Assembly: GCA_021108075.1 (NCBI GenBank)
Contig: JAIORP010000171.1
Coordinates: forward strand, 4,041-68,040
Direction: 5' to 3'
DNA from: Candidatus Omnitrophota bacterium
GTDB lineage: Bacteria; Omnitrophota; Gorgyraeia; Zapsychrales; Zapsychraceae
DNA: 64,000 nt
Under the pieces are notes generated by a model. That model was not told where the DNA came from, did no database searches, and was given only the letters and a program-made list of their open reading frames with translations. Below are positions 8,124-16,907 of the stretch, in pieces (positions within the stretch are counted from its first letter, which is position 1; each line of letters opens with the position of its first letter). The translations under genes were made by a program, and so were the position numbers.

Positions 8124-9279
8124 CTAGGGCAAACCTGTCTGTCATGCTAGCAATATAATTGCAAATAATTCTGAATTTAACCTTCCTGGAAAATTTCTTT
8201 CCCCGTTGAAAAATATCATACGGTAATTGCCGGGGATTCCGCTGATACACCTTAAATATTTCTTCTAAAATCCTTCGGGCCTTTTCTGTCATCCGTTCGA
8301 CTCGATAATGATGATATAACTTTTCATACAGCAATGCTTGCAATGAATCGCGTTCTTTCTTCATTTGAGAACTATACGCGATAATATTTTTTTTTGGGTT
8401 CTCGAGATGAAACGATTTAACATCCTGCGCTGAATAAAAATCATGTTTCTTCAAATTTTTTTCCGTCTGACGGATTAAATCCGTCATTTGCAAGTCAATA
8501 ATATTGCGAACAACTTGATAGCGAAACATTTGAGGGTCATTCGCCAGTAATTTCGCGTCAACATTCCGCTGCGCTTTCTGCCAGAATTTGTTCACCATTA
8601 AATCCTTCTCAACAATACACCCTGAGGCTATTCCATCATCGATATCATGTGATAAATAGGCTAATGAGTCGGCGACATCAACAACTCTGGCCTCCAACGT
8701 CGGACCAATTTTCTTATAACGCGAAACCATTTTAACGACATCAAAATCCGTCTCATGTTTAAGAATGCCGACGAGAACTTCCTCTGTCAGATTCAACCCG
8801 TCAAAACGAGGGTACCGGCGCTCTTCCTGTGAGACGATCTCAAAACTACGATAGTTATGGTTAAATCCGTCATAATCTTCCGCCCGCATAATGCGGTCCA
8901 ACGCTTTTTCTCCTGCGTGCCCGAATGGCGGATGACCGAGATCATGCGCCAGGGCAATCGCTTCAACCAAATCTTCATTCAGTCTTAAGGTCCGGCCAAT
9001 CGTTCTTGCGATTTGAGCGACTTCAATGGTATGTGTTAACCGTGTTCGATAATAATCGCCCTCAAAGATAACAAAAACCTGGGTCTTATATTCTAATTTC
9101 CGAAAGGCCTGGCAATGCACGATGCGGTCCCGGTCCCGTTGATAACATGTTCGCCTTTCATGCTTTGCCTCGTCAAAAAGTCTACCAGAAGACTCATGGC
9201 TTTTCATCGCATAATCAGCTAAAATTTTCTTTTCAATAAGCTCAATGTCTTTTCTTGTATGTATGATGCAATGCGCCAT
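8083..9279 (-). CDS. dgt: dGTP triphosphohydrolase-like HD-domain dNTPase
   Basis: 398 aa with RTRLTHTIEVAQIAR...AHDLGHPPFGHAGE HD motifs. The N-terminus aligns with the Dgt family. Confidence 0.85.
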   Translation of the reverse strand: MAHCIIHTRKDIELIEKKILADYAMKSHESSGRLFDEAKHERRTCYQRDRDRIVHCQAFRKLEYKTQVFVIFEGDYYRTRLTHTIEVAQIARTIGRTLRLNEDLVEAIALAHDLGHPPFGHAGEKALDRIMRAEDYDGFNHNYRSFEIVSQEERRYPRFDGLNLTEEVLVGILKHETDFDVVKMVSRYKKIGPTLEARVVDVADSLAYLSHDIDDGIASGCIVEKDLMVNKFWQKAQRNVDAKLLANDPQMFRYQVVRNIIDLQMTDLIRQTEKNLKKHDFYSAQDVKSFHLENPKKNIIAYSSQMKKERDSLQALLYEKLYHHYRVERMTEKARRILEEIFKVYQRNPRQLPYDIFQRGKKFSRKVKFRIICNYIASMTDRFALDEHKKLFNPYQKV

Positions 9280-9733
9280 ATAATTCCTTCAAAGATTGCG
9301 AGATGACTTTTGTCTGCGCTACAACGGGCATAAAGTTCACATCCCCGCCCCAGCGGGGAACGATGTGGACATGGACGTGCCCGGGAATTCCCGCCCCGGC
9401 GACCTTACCGATATTTATGCCGACGTTAAACCCTTCCGGATTGATGACCTCTTTCAACAAAGCTTTTGAGGTTTCAACGGCAGCCCACAAGTCACAACGT
9501 TCTTGGTCTTTAAGTTTATGTGTGTCGTTAACATGCCGATTCGGAACAACCAGAAGATGACCATTATTATAAGGGTAAATGTTCATAACAACAAAACAAT
9601 GATCTGTGCGGAATAAAACGAAATTTCTTTTATCGGATCGCTCTCTGTAAAAACGACAAAACAGACATCCCTTGTTTTTCTTCGGGTCTTCTAGTAAATA
9701 TTTTATACGCCAAGGCGCCCAAATTCGATTCAT
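9242..9733 (-). CDS. HIT-family nucleotide hydrolase/transferase
   Basis: HVHVHIV histidine triad and a WAPWR N-terminal subfamily signature. Overlaps dgt by 38 nt. Confidence 0.8.
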   Translation of the reverse strand: MNRIWAPWRIKYLLEDPKKNKGCLFCRFYRERSDKRNFVLFRTDHCFVVMNIYPYNNGHLLVVPNRHVNDTHKLKDQERCDLWAAVETSKALLKEVINPEGFNVGINIGKVAGAGIPGHVHVHIVPRWGGDVNFMPVVAQTKVISQSLKELYGALHHTYKKRH

Positions 9734-9783
9734 GTTAAAAACCCAAGCTTTTGTATGTCTAACCCTTTAAGAACCATATCCGC

Positions 9784-10263
9784 TTAAATTTCTACGATCT
9801 CACCCTCAATACCGGCATCCGACACATCCAGGAGACCATACGAACAAGGGGCTTCAAAACAAAGACAATGATTCGCACAACCGGGATTAAAATACAAAAC
9901 ATTATTAATGACGGTGTTATACGGCACATGCGAGTGACCAAAGATAACAGCATCGACCTTATCCCTTTTAAATTGTTCTTTAACGACGTCTAAAACTTTC
10001 CGGGAAGGCCCTCGTCCATGGAAAAGACCTATCTTCTTTTGTCCAACAGGTATAATCTTTTTGAGTGGCAGAACCCCTCTGATACTGCTATCATCCATAT
10101 TCCCACAAACAGCTTCAACTTTATTAAGCTTTTGCAGGTTTTGCAAATCACTTTTGGTACAGATGTCTCCGGCATGAATGATTAGATCAACTTTTTTTAA
10201 GATACTGATTATCGATTCCGGAAGGGGTCCGGAATGGGTGTCAGACAGGACAGCTATTTTCAT
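9784..10263 (-). CDS. YfcE/MJ0936-like metallophosphoesterase
   Basis: Metal ligands DTHSG, GDI, GNMD, GHSH. 159 aa. The start overlaps the upstream ATPase stop by 4 nt. Confidence 0.8.
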   Translation of the reverse strand: MKIAVLSDTHSGPLPESIISILKKVDLIIHAGDICTKSDLQNLQKLNKVEAVCGNMDDSSIRGVLPLKKIIPVGQKKIGLFHGRGPSRKVLDVVKEQFKRDKVDAVIFGHSHVPYNTVINNVLYFNPGCANHCLCFEAPCSYGLLDVSDAGIEGEIVEI

Positions 10264-11897
10264 CTTGTAATATATGGTTTATCGAATAACATTAATAATG
10301 TGTTCAATTCATTTTCATTCCAGATCCAACACCGTTCCTGCAAGGCTTTAAGCCTCGCATTCTTATCCATGTTAGACAAAGAAATGATCAGGCATCGTCC
10401 AGTCTTCCTTTCTAATTTCTTCGTTTCTTTTAAGATCAAGTTAACATCCTGTTCGACCAGATTCTCTTTTTTTAGGATAATAAACCATGTCGATTCGTCC
10501 GTCATGGCTTTAATCATATCATAAGAGAGGCCGCTCTCATTCCTAAGTTTTAATGGTATCAGTTCTCTAAATATTGGCAATTTATATTTTCGCCCGTTCA
10601 GATGGAACGATTCATTGTCAAAACAATACAGCAATTCCATCACACGAGAGGAGAAGTTCTGACGAGAGGTCAACTTGAATGATTCGACTGAACGATTTAA
10701 TTCTTCCTTGAATTGTCGGCGTCGTTTATCCGGAGATAATTCGATGTCTTTCAGCCTTGTTTGGTAAACATATTTAATCCAATACTTCAACAGCTTATCC
10801 TTGAAAGAATGAAAATTTCCATTCTTAATGACGATCCCTAAATCGATGAGACGATTTAGACGTTGTGTCAGCAAAGTCTTTTTGATATTGATCTTCCTGG
10901 TCATTTCTTCAATTTTATGATTTCCATTGGCCAAAGCAACCAAGACATCCGATAGCAAACGATGTCCTTTATTATTGCACAGATCATTGATGACCAGCTC
11001 AAAATGCCGACTAATGACCCCCCAACGGTTAAACAGGGTATTCTCTATGGCATGGGACAAAATCGGCATGTAAACTTCATTCTGCCGGTGCATCGCACAC
11101 AATGATAACACCTCCTGACATAAAAGATTCAAGTAAAGCGGATGCCCACCCGTGAAGTCCGTTAAAAAGTTCCTCAACTGTCCGCCAATTTTTATTTGGG
11201 CCAGATTGCGGTCAACAAAATGCTGACTGCTTTCAAAATCAAACGGTTCAATATTAAGGACTTCAAAATTCCCAAAAAGCAAGGAAAGCTTTTCCGATAA
11301 TATTTTCTGGGCCAGTTTCGGGTATGAACTGGACACGATGTAGAAGCATCTTTTTTGCGTCATGATCTTTTTTCCTAAAAGCTGAAAGACATCCGCGATA
11401 GGAAATTCTTCCAACTGTTGAAATTCATCAAAGATCAAAACACAGGACATCTCTGTTTCTGTGCAGAAAACATCCGGAAGGTTCAATAAACCAAGAAAGA
11501 CTTCATGATACTTCCCATTTTTGAAATCGTCTTGAATACGCTTGATGACCTGAATGGTATGCGGGATATATTTTGCGGTGCTTTCGATGAGCAATTGGGG
11601 GTCTTCAAAAAGTTGTATTTTTTTTGTTTTAGAATAATCATATAATAAACTTCCGATAAACTTTGAAAAGAAATAGTCAAAATCTTTATAGGCCAAATCC
11701 AGATAAATGACAATAACACGTTCGTCATCTAGATTCATAAAAAAATGTTGAAGGATGGCACTTTTACCGACATATTCATTCCCTAATAAAGCGACATTTT
11801 GGCGATAACCTTCTTTCAGGTCAATGACACGCCGCTTCAACAGGTCTAAGACATCCGTCCTTCCAAAAAAGTTTTTATGCATGTCTATATCGCTCAT
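10260..11897 (-). CDS. ATPase_2 (Arch_ATPase)-type P-loop ATPase with a winged-helix and a DUF234-like C-terminal domain
   Basis: N-terminal FFGRTDVLDLL, Walker A GNEYVGKS, Walker B VLIFDEF, a mid-protein wHTH and a ~170-aa C-terminal domain. 545 aa. First gene of a five-gene coupled operon. Confidence 0.6.
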   Translation of the reverse strand: MSDIDMHKNFFGRTDVLDLLKRRVIDLKEGYRQNVALLGNEYVGKSAILQHFFMNLDDERVIVIYLDLAYKDFDYFFSKFIGSLLYDYSKTKKIQLFEDPQLLIESTAKYIPHTIQVIKRIQDDFKNGKYHEVFLGLLNLPDVFCTETEMSCVLIFDEFQQLEEFPIADVFQLLGKKIMTQKRCFYIVSSSYPKLAQKILSEKLSLLFGNFEVLNIEPFDFESSQHFVDRNLAQIKIGGQLRNFLTDFTGGHPLYLNLLCQEVLSLCAMHRQNEVYMPILSHAIENTLFNRWGVISRHFELVINDLCNNKGHRLLSDVLVALANGNHKIEEMTRKINIKKTLLTQRLNRLIDLGIVIKNGNFHSFKDKLLKYWIKYVYQTRLKDIELSPDKRRRQFKEELNRSVESFKLTSRQNFSSRVMELLYCFDNESFHLNGRKYKLPIFRELIPLKLRNESGLSYDMIKAMTDESTWFIILKKENLVEQDVNLILKETKKLERKTGRCLIISLSNMDKNARLKALQERCWIWNENELNTLLMLFDKPYITR

Positions 11898-11928
11898 AAT
11901 ATTACCACTATTTAATCACAAATTCTGA

Positions 11929-12612
11929 TTAAGGCAAATAATACATCGGGTTATCTTCAACCCCTTTTTTTCGAATTTCAAAATGCAAATATGGTACCCG
12001 TTGAGCATGATACCTTCCGATGTAACCTAAATCTTTATTTTTAATTACAGATTCCCCCACGCGCACAAGCACCGTCGACATTTGCGAATAAGTTGTGAAA
12101 TAACCATCCCGATGATCAATAATAACGGTCTTGCCATATCCGCTTAAGCTATCGGCAAACACAATCTGACCGGCCCGTGAGGCACGGACAACTTCACCTT
12201 CAATCGCTTCAATATCAATCCCACGATTTAAATAACCGTTTTTATTATCATTAAAAGAACTAATGATCTCTCCTTTTAACGGCCAAATAAACTCTCTCTT
12301 GGTTTTGTCCGTGTCAATTAATATCTGTTTAACAGAATAAGCCCCCGGCATAAACAACATCTGCCCTTTTTCTATTTGAGCAACATCGTCAACATTATTA
12401 CTGTCTAAAATATCCGCGATAGCAATATCATAAGCCTGGGCAATCCGCCACAATGTCTCTCCTTTTTTCACCTTATGATAAACACCATGTTGTGATGATT
12501 CGGGCAGTTGTGTTATCAAGTATTCTGTTTCAGTGTAGACTTCAACTGTTCTACAACCGCATATGGAAAAACACAGGCCTAATATGGACAAAATATTGAG
12601 AAATTTTTTCAT
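11929..12612 (-). CDS. LysM-domain M23 (LytM-type) peptidoglycan endopeptidase, lipoprotein
   Basis: Lipobox LCFSICGC, LysM (GETLWRIAQAYD) and M23 motifs (HxGID, HFEI). The track ORF extends to 12678 through the tRNA; I place the start at the ATG of MKKFLNIL (12612). Confidence 0.8.
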   Translation of the reverse strand: MKKFLNILSILGLCFSICGCRTVEVYTETEYLITQLPESSQHGVYHKVKKGETLWRIAQAYDIAIADILDSNNVDDVAQIEKGQMLFMPGAYSVKQILIDTDKTKREFIWPLKGEIISSFNDNKNGYLNRGIDIEAIEGEVVRASRAGQIVFADSLSGYGKTVIIDHRDGYFTTYSQMSTVLVRVGESVIKNKDLGYIGRYHAQRVPYLHFEIRKKGVEDNPMYYLP

Positions 12613-12618
12613 ATTTTT

Positions 12619-12692
12619 TGGAGCGAGAGACGGGAATCGAACCCGCGTTTTCAGCTTGGGAAGCTGACATTCTACCACTGAATTACTCTCGC
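12619..12692 (-). tRNA. tRNA-Gly, anticodon CCC
   Basis: Hand fold: perfect 7-bp acceptor stem (GCGAGAG/CTCTCGC), D arm, anticodon stem TCAGC/GCTGA with loop TTCCCAA, T arm GCGGG-TTCGATT-CCCGT, discriminator T, encoded CCA. 74 nt. Confidence 0.85.
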
Positions 12693-12728
12693 ATCGTGAA
12701 ATATTTTTCCTTAAATATTTCCAGGGTT

Positions 12729-12773
12729 TCCATTAATAAAAAAAATTCAAATTGTTAGAGAATCTCTAACAAG
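12729..12773 (-). terminator. Rho-independent terminator after thiE: 10-bp perfect inverted repeat (TTGTTAGAGA a TCTCTAACAA) then TTTGAATTTTTTTTATT on the minus strand
   Basis: The palindrome at 12753-12773 starts 2 nt after the thiE stop, and a U-run follows on the transcribed strand. Confidence 0.55.
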
Positions 12774-12775
12774 AA

Positions 12776-13411
12776 TTAACCTTCTAACGCGTTCCTGAAA
12801 AATTGTACCGCCTTTTTTACATCTGAAGCTTCACTGATAGACCGACAAATCGCAGCCCTGTGTATCCCGCATTGTTGAATCACGCGAACATTCTCCTGGG
12901 TGATCCCGCCTATCGGAAAAATGGGAACATCAGAAAAACAGGAAGCTGCGCGTAACAATTTCAAATCCATGGGATCCCGGTCCGGTTTTGTCTTTGTCTT
13001 AAAAACCGAACCTAAACCAATATAATCAACTCCGTCTTTTATCGCTACGTTGACATGTCTGATGGATTGGCAAGAGGTCCCGATGATCATATTCTTTTTA
13101 GCCAAGTGACGCGCTTCATCTACAGGAATGTCTTCTTGCCCTAAATGAACGCCATCAGCGTCGAGAAGAAGCGCAAGGTCTAATCGGTCGTTAATGATAT
13201 ATAGGGCCTCGTCCTTAAGTGCGGGCATGATCCTTCGGGAAAATTGAAGAATATCACGTGCTGAGCCGAGTTTATCCCGCAATTGAAAAATATGAACCCC
13301 GCCCTTAAGAGCCTGTCGGGCGATGTTAAACAGCGCACGGTAATCATGGACAGCTGTATCAAGAATGAGATACAACTTTGCACTTTTTAAGAACTTTCTT
13401 CTCAATCGCAT
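12776..13411 (-). CDS. thiE: Thiamine-phosphate synthase
   Basis: 211 aa, TIM-barrel ThiE pattern (LYLILD...HLGQED...GTS...GLGSVF.T.TK...GG). Confidence 0.85.
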   Translation of the reverse strand: MRLRRKFLKSAKLYLILDTAVHDYRALFNIARQALKGGVHIFQLRDKLGSARDILQFSRRIMPALKDEALYIINDRLDLALLLDADGVHLGQEDIPVDEARHLAKKNMIIGTSCQSIRHVNVAIKDGVDYIGLGSVFKTKTKPDRDPMDLKLLRAASCFSDVPIFPIGGITQENVRVIQQCGIHRAAICRSISEASDVKKAVQFFRNALEG

Positions 13412-13796
13412 AAATTTGGTAACGCAAAGTTTTAAATTCCCCTGAAAGGTCCGGGTTGATCAGCTTAGCAAACTCTTCCAGGACACGAATGGATTCTTTG
13501 ACACGCTGCGCATTAGCGACAAAGATGTCGGCAACATGTTGTCGTTTCAATTCAGCCGCAATAGATTTCCGGCCGATATCTTCTTCAATATTCCTGGCAT
13601 CAAGCAGGTCAAACCGGCTAATTCGCTTCAAGGATTCTGTTAAGGAATGACGGAGTTCCTTGAACCGTTTCGTAAAGGTCTTCGATTCAATCACAAATCG
13701 ACAAACATCTTCACAAACCCGTAAACCTTCCCTGGCCCTATTTGCATTTGCGTCTATGACGCGGAATATTTTTTTGTCTCTCGTTTTGCCCATCAA
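13359..13796 (-). CDS. Conserved hypothetical protein (mostly helical), translationally coupled between rfaE-II and thiE
   Basis: 145 aa with an RVIDANANRAREGLRVCEDV motif. Overlaps thiE by 53 nt; starts 2 nt after the rfaE stop. Family not assigned. Confidence 0.4.
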   Translation of the reverse strand: MMGKTRDKKIFRVIDANANRAREGLRVCEDVCRFVIESKTFTKRFKELRHSLTESLKRISRFDLLDARNIEEDIGRKSIAAELKRQHVADIFVANAQRVKESIRVLEEFAKLINPDLSGEFKTLRYQIYAIEKKVLKKCKVVSHS

Positions 13797-13798
13797 GT

Positions 13799-14299
13799 TT
13801 AACGGCCGGATATTTTTGCGATACGGTCAATGATATCCGTCGAAGACTTCCCACCCAAATAGGAAATAAAAATGACCTTACCGCCCCGGGATTCTACACT
13901 CTCGCTTCCAGCAACCTTTTTATCTTTCCAATCCGCTCCTTTAATCAAAACATCAGGCTTTAAAATGCTGATAATTCTTTCAGGAGTATCTTCATCAAAA
14001 ATTGTAATGTAGTCAACAACGCTAAGCGCTGACAAGACAACCGCACGTTCATCTTGATTCACAATAGGGCGTTGGACCCCTTTAATGGAACGGGTTGAGC
14101 GATCGCTATTCAGACCAACGATCAGAATGCGATCTTTCCCTTTGGCTTCATCTAAGTAGGTCACATGTCCAACATGCAGAATATCAAAACAACCGTTGGT
14201 AAACGCAATCATACGGCCTTCTTTACGATGCTGACGTATTTTTTTCTGTAATGTGGATATGGATAATATTTTTTTCTTTGATCTCACAGGCAATAGCAA
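13799..14299 (-). CDS. rfaE: D-glycero-beta-D-manno-heptose-1-phosphate adenylyltransferase (RfaE/HldE domain II, cytidylyltransferase fold), stand-alone
   Basis: FTNGCFDILHVGHVTYL nucleotidyltransferase (HxGH-type) motif. 166 aa. No fused kinase domain. Confidence 0.8.
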   Translation of the reverse strand: MLLPVRSKKKILSISTLQKKIRQHRKEGRMIAFTNGCFDILHVGHVTYLDEAKGKDRILIVGLNSDRSTRSIKGVQRPIVNQDERAVVLSALSVVDYITIFDEDTPERIISILKPDVLIKGADWKDKKVAGSESVESRGGKVIFISYLGGKSSTDIIDRIAKISGR

Positions 14300-14875
14300 C
14301 TATTTATTTTGATAAAATTCACATTCCACTAAATCACAAATAATATGGGCAATGCAAGCATGTGTTTCTTGGATGCGGGGCGTCATGTTTGAAGGAACAA
14401 TAATGCTGATATCTGTTAATTTTGCTAATTTGCCCCCATGACAACCCGTTAAGGAAACGGTCAGTAAACCCTGTTTCCCCGCCTGCGTAATACCCTTAAT
14501 GACATTCTGGGAATTTCCACTGGTCGATATTCCAATAGCAATATCACCCTTCTGACCCAGCCCTTCTATTTGCCGCGCAAAAATGACATCAAAACCGTAA
14601 TCATTACCGAGCGCGGTTATGATCGAAGTGTCTGTCGTTAACGCAATCGCCGGTAAGGATTGCCGTTCTTTTAGAAAACGCCCTATGAACTCAGCGGCGA
14701 TGTGTTGACTATCTGCGGCAGATCCGCCGTTGCCAAAAATCAAAATCTTTTTCTTTCGTTTCAAGGCCTTGACCATGGACTTGACGCACTTCTCAATGCT
14801 TTCTAAATTGACAGATAAAGATTTCTGTTTGACCGTGATGGATTCTTCAAACGCTTTTTGAATAGCTTCTTTCAC
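14300..14875 (-). CDS. gmhA: Phosphoheptose (sedoheptulose-7-phosphate) isomerase, SIS domain
   Basis: 191 aa with SIS motifs (GNGGSAADSQH...STSGNS). Confidence 0.85.
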   Translation of the reverse strand: MKEAIQKAFEESITVKQKSLSVNLESIEKCVKSMVKALKRKKKILIFGNGGSAADSQHIAAEFIGRFLKERQSLPAIALTTDTSIITALGNDYGFDVIFARQIEGLGQKGDIAIGISTSGNSQNVIKGITQAGKQGLLTVSLTGCHGGKLAKLTDISIIVPSNMTPRIQETHACIAHIICDLVECEFYQNK

Positions 14876-14891
14876 TGTTTAACCTTATTCA

Positions 14892-15914
14892 TTAAAAATC
14901 AGAAAAAATTTCAGTGATCTGGTACAAACTCTTTTTAATCGTTTTACGTTTTTTAACAGCTTCTTTTATGTCAACAGAACAAATCTTATTGCAACGCAGG
15001 CTGACCATTTGCCCGACTTTGTTGCGTTTAACAAGCTCAACGGCGTGAATCCCAAAACGCGTGCCCAGAATACGGTCAAAGGCGGTCGGTGTTCCGCCAC
15101 GCTGAATGTGGCCTAAAACGCTGACACGCGTCTCATAACCCGTTTCAGCTTCAATAATATCCGCAATAACCCGGCTGACATATCCTATATTATGTTTGGA
15201 ATTCATCTGGGCGATCTTGGATCTTTGTCCTAAAATTCTTGTGCCTTCTGAGACAACAATAATACTAAAGGTTTTCCCCCGTTTATGTCGCGACCGGATT
15301 GAGGCACAAATTTTTTGCATGTCAACCGGATATTCCGGGATGAGGACAATATTCGCGCCACCGGCTATTCCAGCCTGAACAGCGATCCAACCGGTATACC
15401 GGCCCATAACTTCAATAACAATAATCCGATGATGACTTTCAGCCGTCGTGTGCAAACGGTCGATGCATTCTGTTGCGATATTCACCGCGGTGTCAAACCC
15501 AAAGGCATAATCCGTCCCTGACAAGGCATTGTCGATGGATTTGGGAACACCCACAATCGGCAGGTTGCCCTGCGTCTTTAAATCAAGGGCGATCTTCAGC
15601 GTATCTTCTCCCCCGACGACAATTAAGGCGTCAATTCCGCTTCGCTTGAAATTCTCAATAGCTAACCGCATTTGTTCTTCTGATAGCGGTGGCACATGCC
15701 GACTCGTCCCTAGAATTGTCCCCCCCAGGGCTAAGATGCCTGATGTCAGCCGCAGATCGAGAATACGCATATCATTTTCAATCAACCCATTCCATCCATT
15801 CTTTATCCCCGTTATGACATAACCTTCTTTTATAGCCTTTCGAACAATCGCGCGAATAACAGAGTTTAGCCCTGAACAATCAGCTCCGCCTGTTAAAATT
15901 CCTATTTTTTTCAT
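14892..15914 (-). CDS. pfk: PfkA-family 6-phosphofructokinase with PPi-type and atypical active-site signatures
   Basis: GGADCSGLN nucleotide loop, MGR, HIQRGG. GGEDT replaces GGDGS and PKSIDNA replaces GTIDND. The Asp at position 104 and Lys at 124 are the known PPi-PFK markers; the Ala at the position-129 equivalent is unusual. Confidence 0.8.
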   Translation of the reverse strand: MKKIGILTGGADCSGLNSVIRAIVRKAIKEGYVITGIKNGWNGLIENDMRILDLRLTSGILALGGTILGTSRHVPPLSEEQMRLAIENFKRSGIDALIVVGGEDTLKIALDLKTQGNLPIVGVPKSIDNALSGTDYAFGFDTAVNIATECIDRLHTTAESHHRIIVIEVMGRYTGWIAVQAGIAGGANIVLIPEYPVDMQKICASIRSRHKRGKTFSIIVVSEGTRILGQRSKIAQMNSKHNIGYVSRVIADIIEAETGYETRVSVLGHIQRGGTPTAFDRILGTRFGIHAVELVKRNKVGQMVSLRCNKICSVDIKEAVKKRKTIKKSLYQITEIFSDF

Positions 15915-15942
15915 AATCCCACCCTCTTATTTTTTCCTGTTT

Positions 15943-16557
15943 TCATGCACGATATCCCTGGAATGGGATAGCCGGGTCAACGTGGTGCTCTTCCTCTGGG
16001 GCTTCATCTTTCAACTTCTCTTTGACTTTTCCCGGAATAATTTTTCCAACATAAATAGTAATATCAACCTTCTCTGCTATCCCAATCGTATTATGAATCT
16101 TATTTTTTACGACATCTTGTATTTTAGACGTCAATTCAGGAATGTTGACTTCCGAACAAAGTATCAATCTGACCTTAGTGATAAGCGTTTTTCGATGCAC
16201 TTTCATATCGATCCTGGCATCTTTTATTTCAGCTCTCTTTACGATTGTCCGTCGGACAATATCTTCCAACGCCGTTAAAGAGACACTCACCCGGCCGGAA
16301 GGATTATCAAAAGCGATAATGTTATCCGCATAGGAATTCAGCACGAACATCCGATAATAAGCGATGGTGATCATAATCATCGCGACAGCTAACCAGCCAA
16401 ACATGATTCGGGAGGACATATCAAAATAAATAAATTGAACAATTTGCGCGAGGTGTTCAACGTTTAATTTATTCAATGCGGCCAACAGCATGAAAACACT
16501 TAGAATAAAAACAACCAACACGTAAAACAATACAGCGATGCGGGTTAAACATTTCAT
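15943..16557 (-). CDS. AmaP-like membrane-anchored Asp23-family protein
   Basis: Two N-terminal TM helices then an Asp23-like domain. Overlaps the downstream Asp23 gene by 4 nt. Confidence 0.55.
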   Translation of the reverse strand: MKCLTRIAVLFYVLVVFILSVFMLLAALNKLNVEHLAQIVQFIYFDMSSRIMFGWLAVAMIMITIAYYRMFVLNSYADNIIAFDNPSGRVSVSLTALEDIVRRTIVKRAEIKDARIDMKVHRKTLITKVRLILCSEVNIPELTSKIQDVVKNKIHNTIGIAEKVDITIYVGKIIPGKVKEKLKDEAPEEEHHVDPAIPFQGYRA

Positions 16558-16907
16558 TTTTGCCCCCTCTCGATCCCTTGTATATTAACGTTAATATCCT
16601 TTATCTCAACATTTACTGTTTCATCTAACGCCCTCTTGACAATATCCTGCACTTGCCGGGCGACATCAGGAATATTCAATCCGAAATGGACATTAATCTT
16701 AACGCCCAGGACAACCTCTTGATTCTCATCCACAGATATATCGACACTAGGGAAGTGATCTTTATACATAAATGAAAAAAATTTTTTTGTTAAATTTTCC
16801 TCGGACAAAAAAACACCCTTGATATCTTTTATAGCTGTTTCCACAATTTCAGCAATGACTTTCTTATGAATATGGACAGATCCCATATGTATTTCATTCT
16901 GTTTCAT
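16554..16907 (-). CDS. Asp23/Gls24 (alkaline shock protein, YqhY-like) family protein
   Basis: 117 aa with an Asp23 family pattern ([15 protein letters not shown]...). Downstream of accBC, as yqhY is in Bacillus. Overlaps accC by 4 nt. Confidence 0.8.
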   Translation of the reverse strand: MKQNEIHMGSVHIHKKVIAEIVETAIKDIKGVFLSEENLTKKFFSFMYKDHFPSVDISVDENQEVVLGVKINVHFGLNIPDVARQVQDIVKRALDETVNVEIKDINVNIQGIERGQK

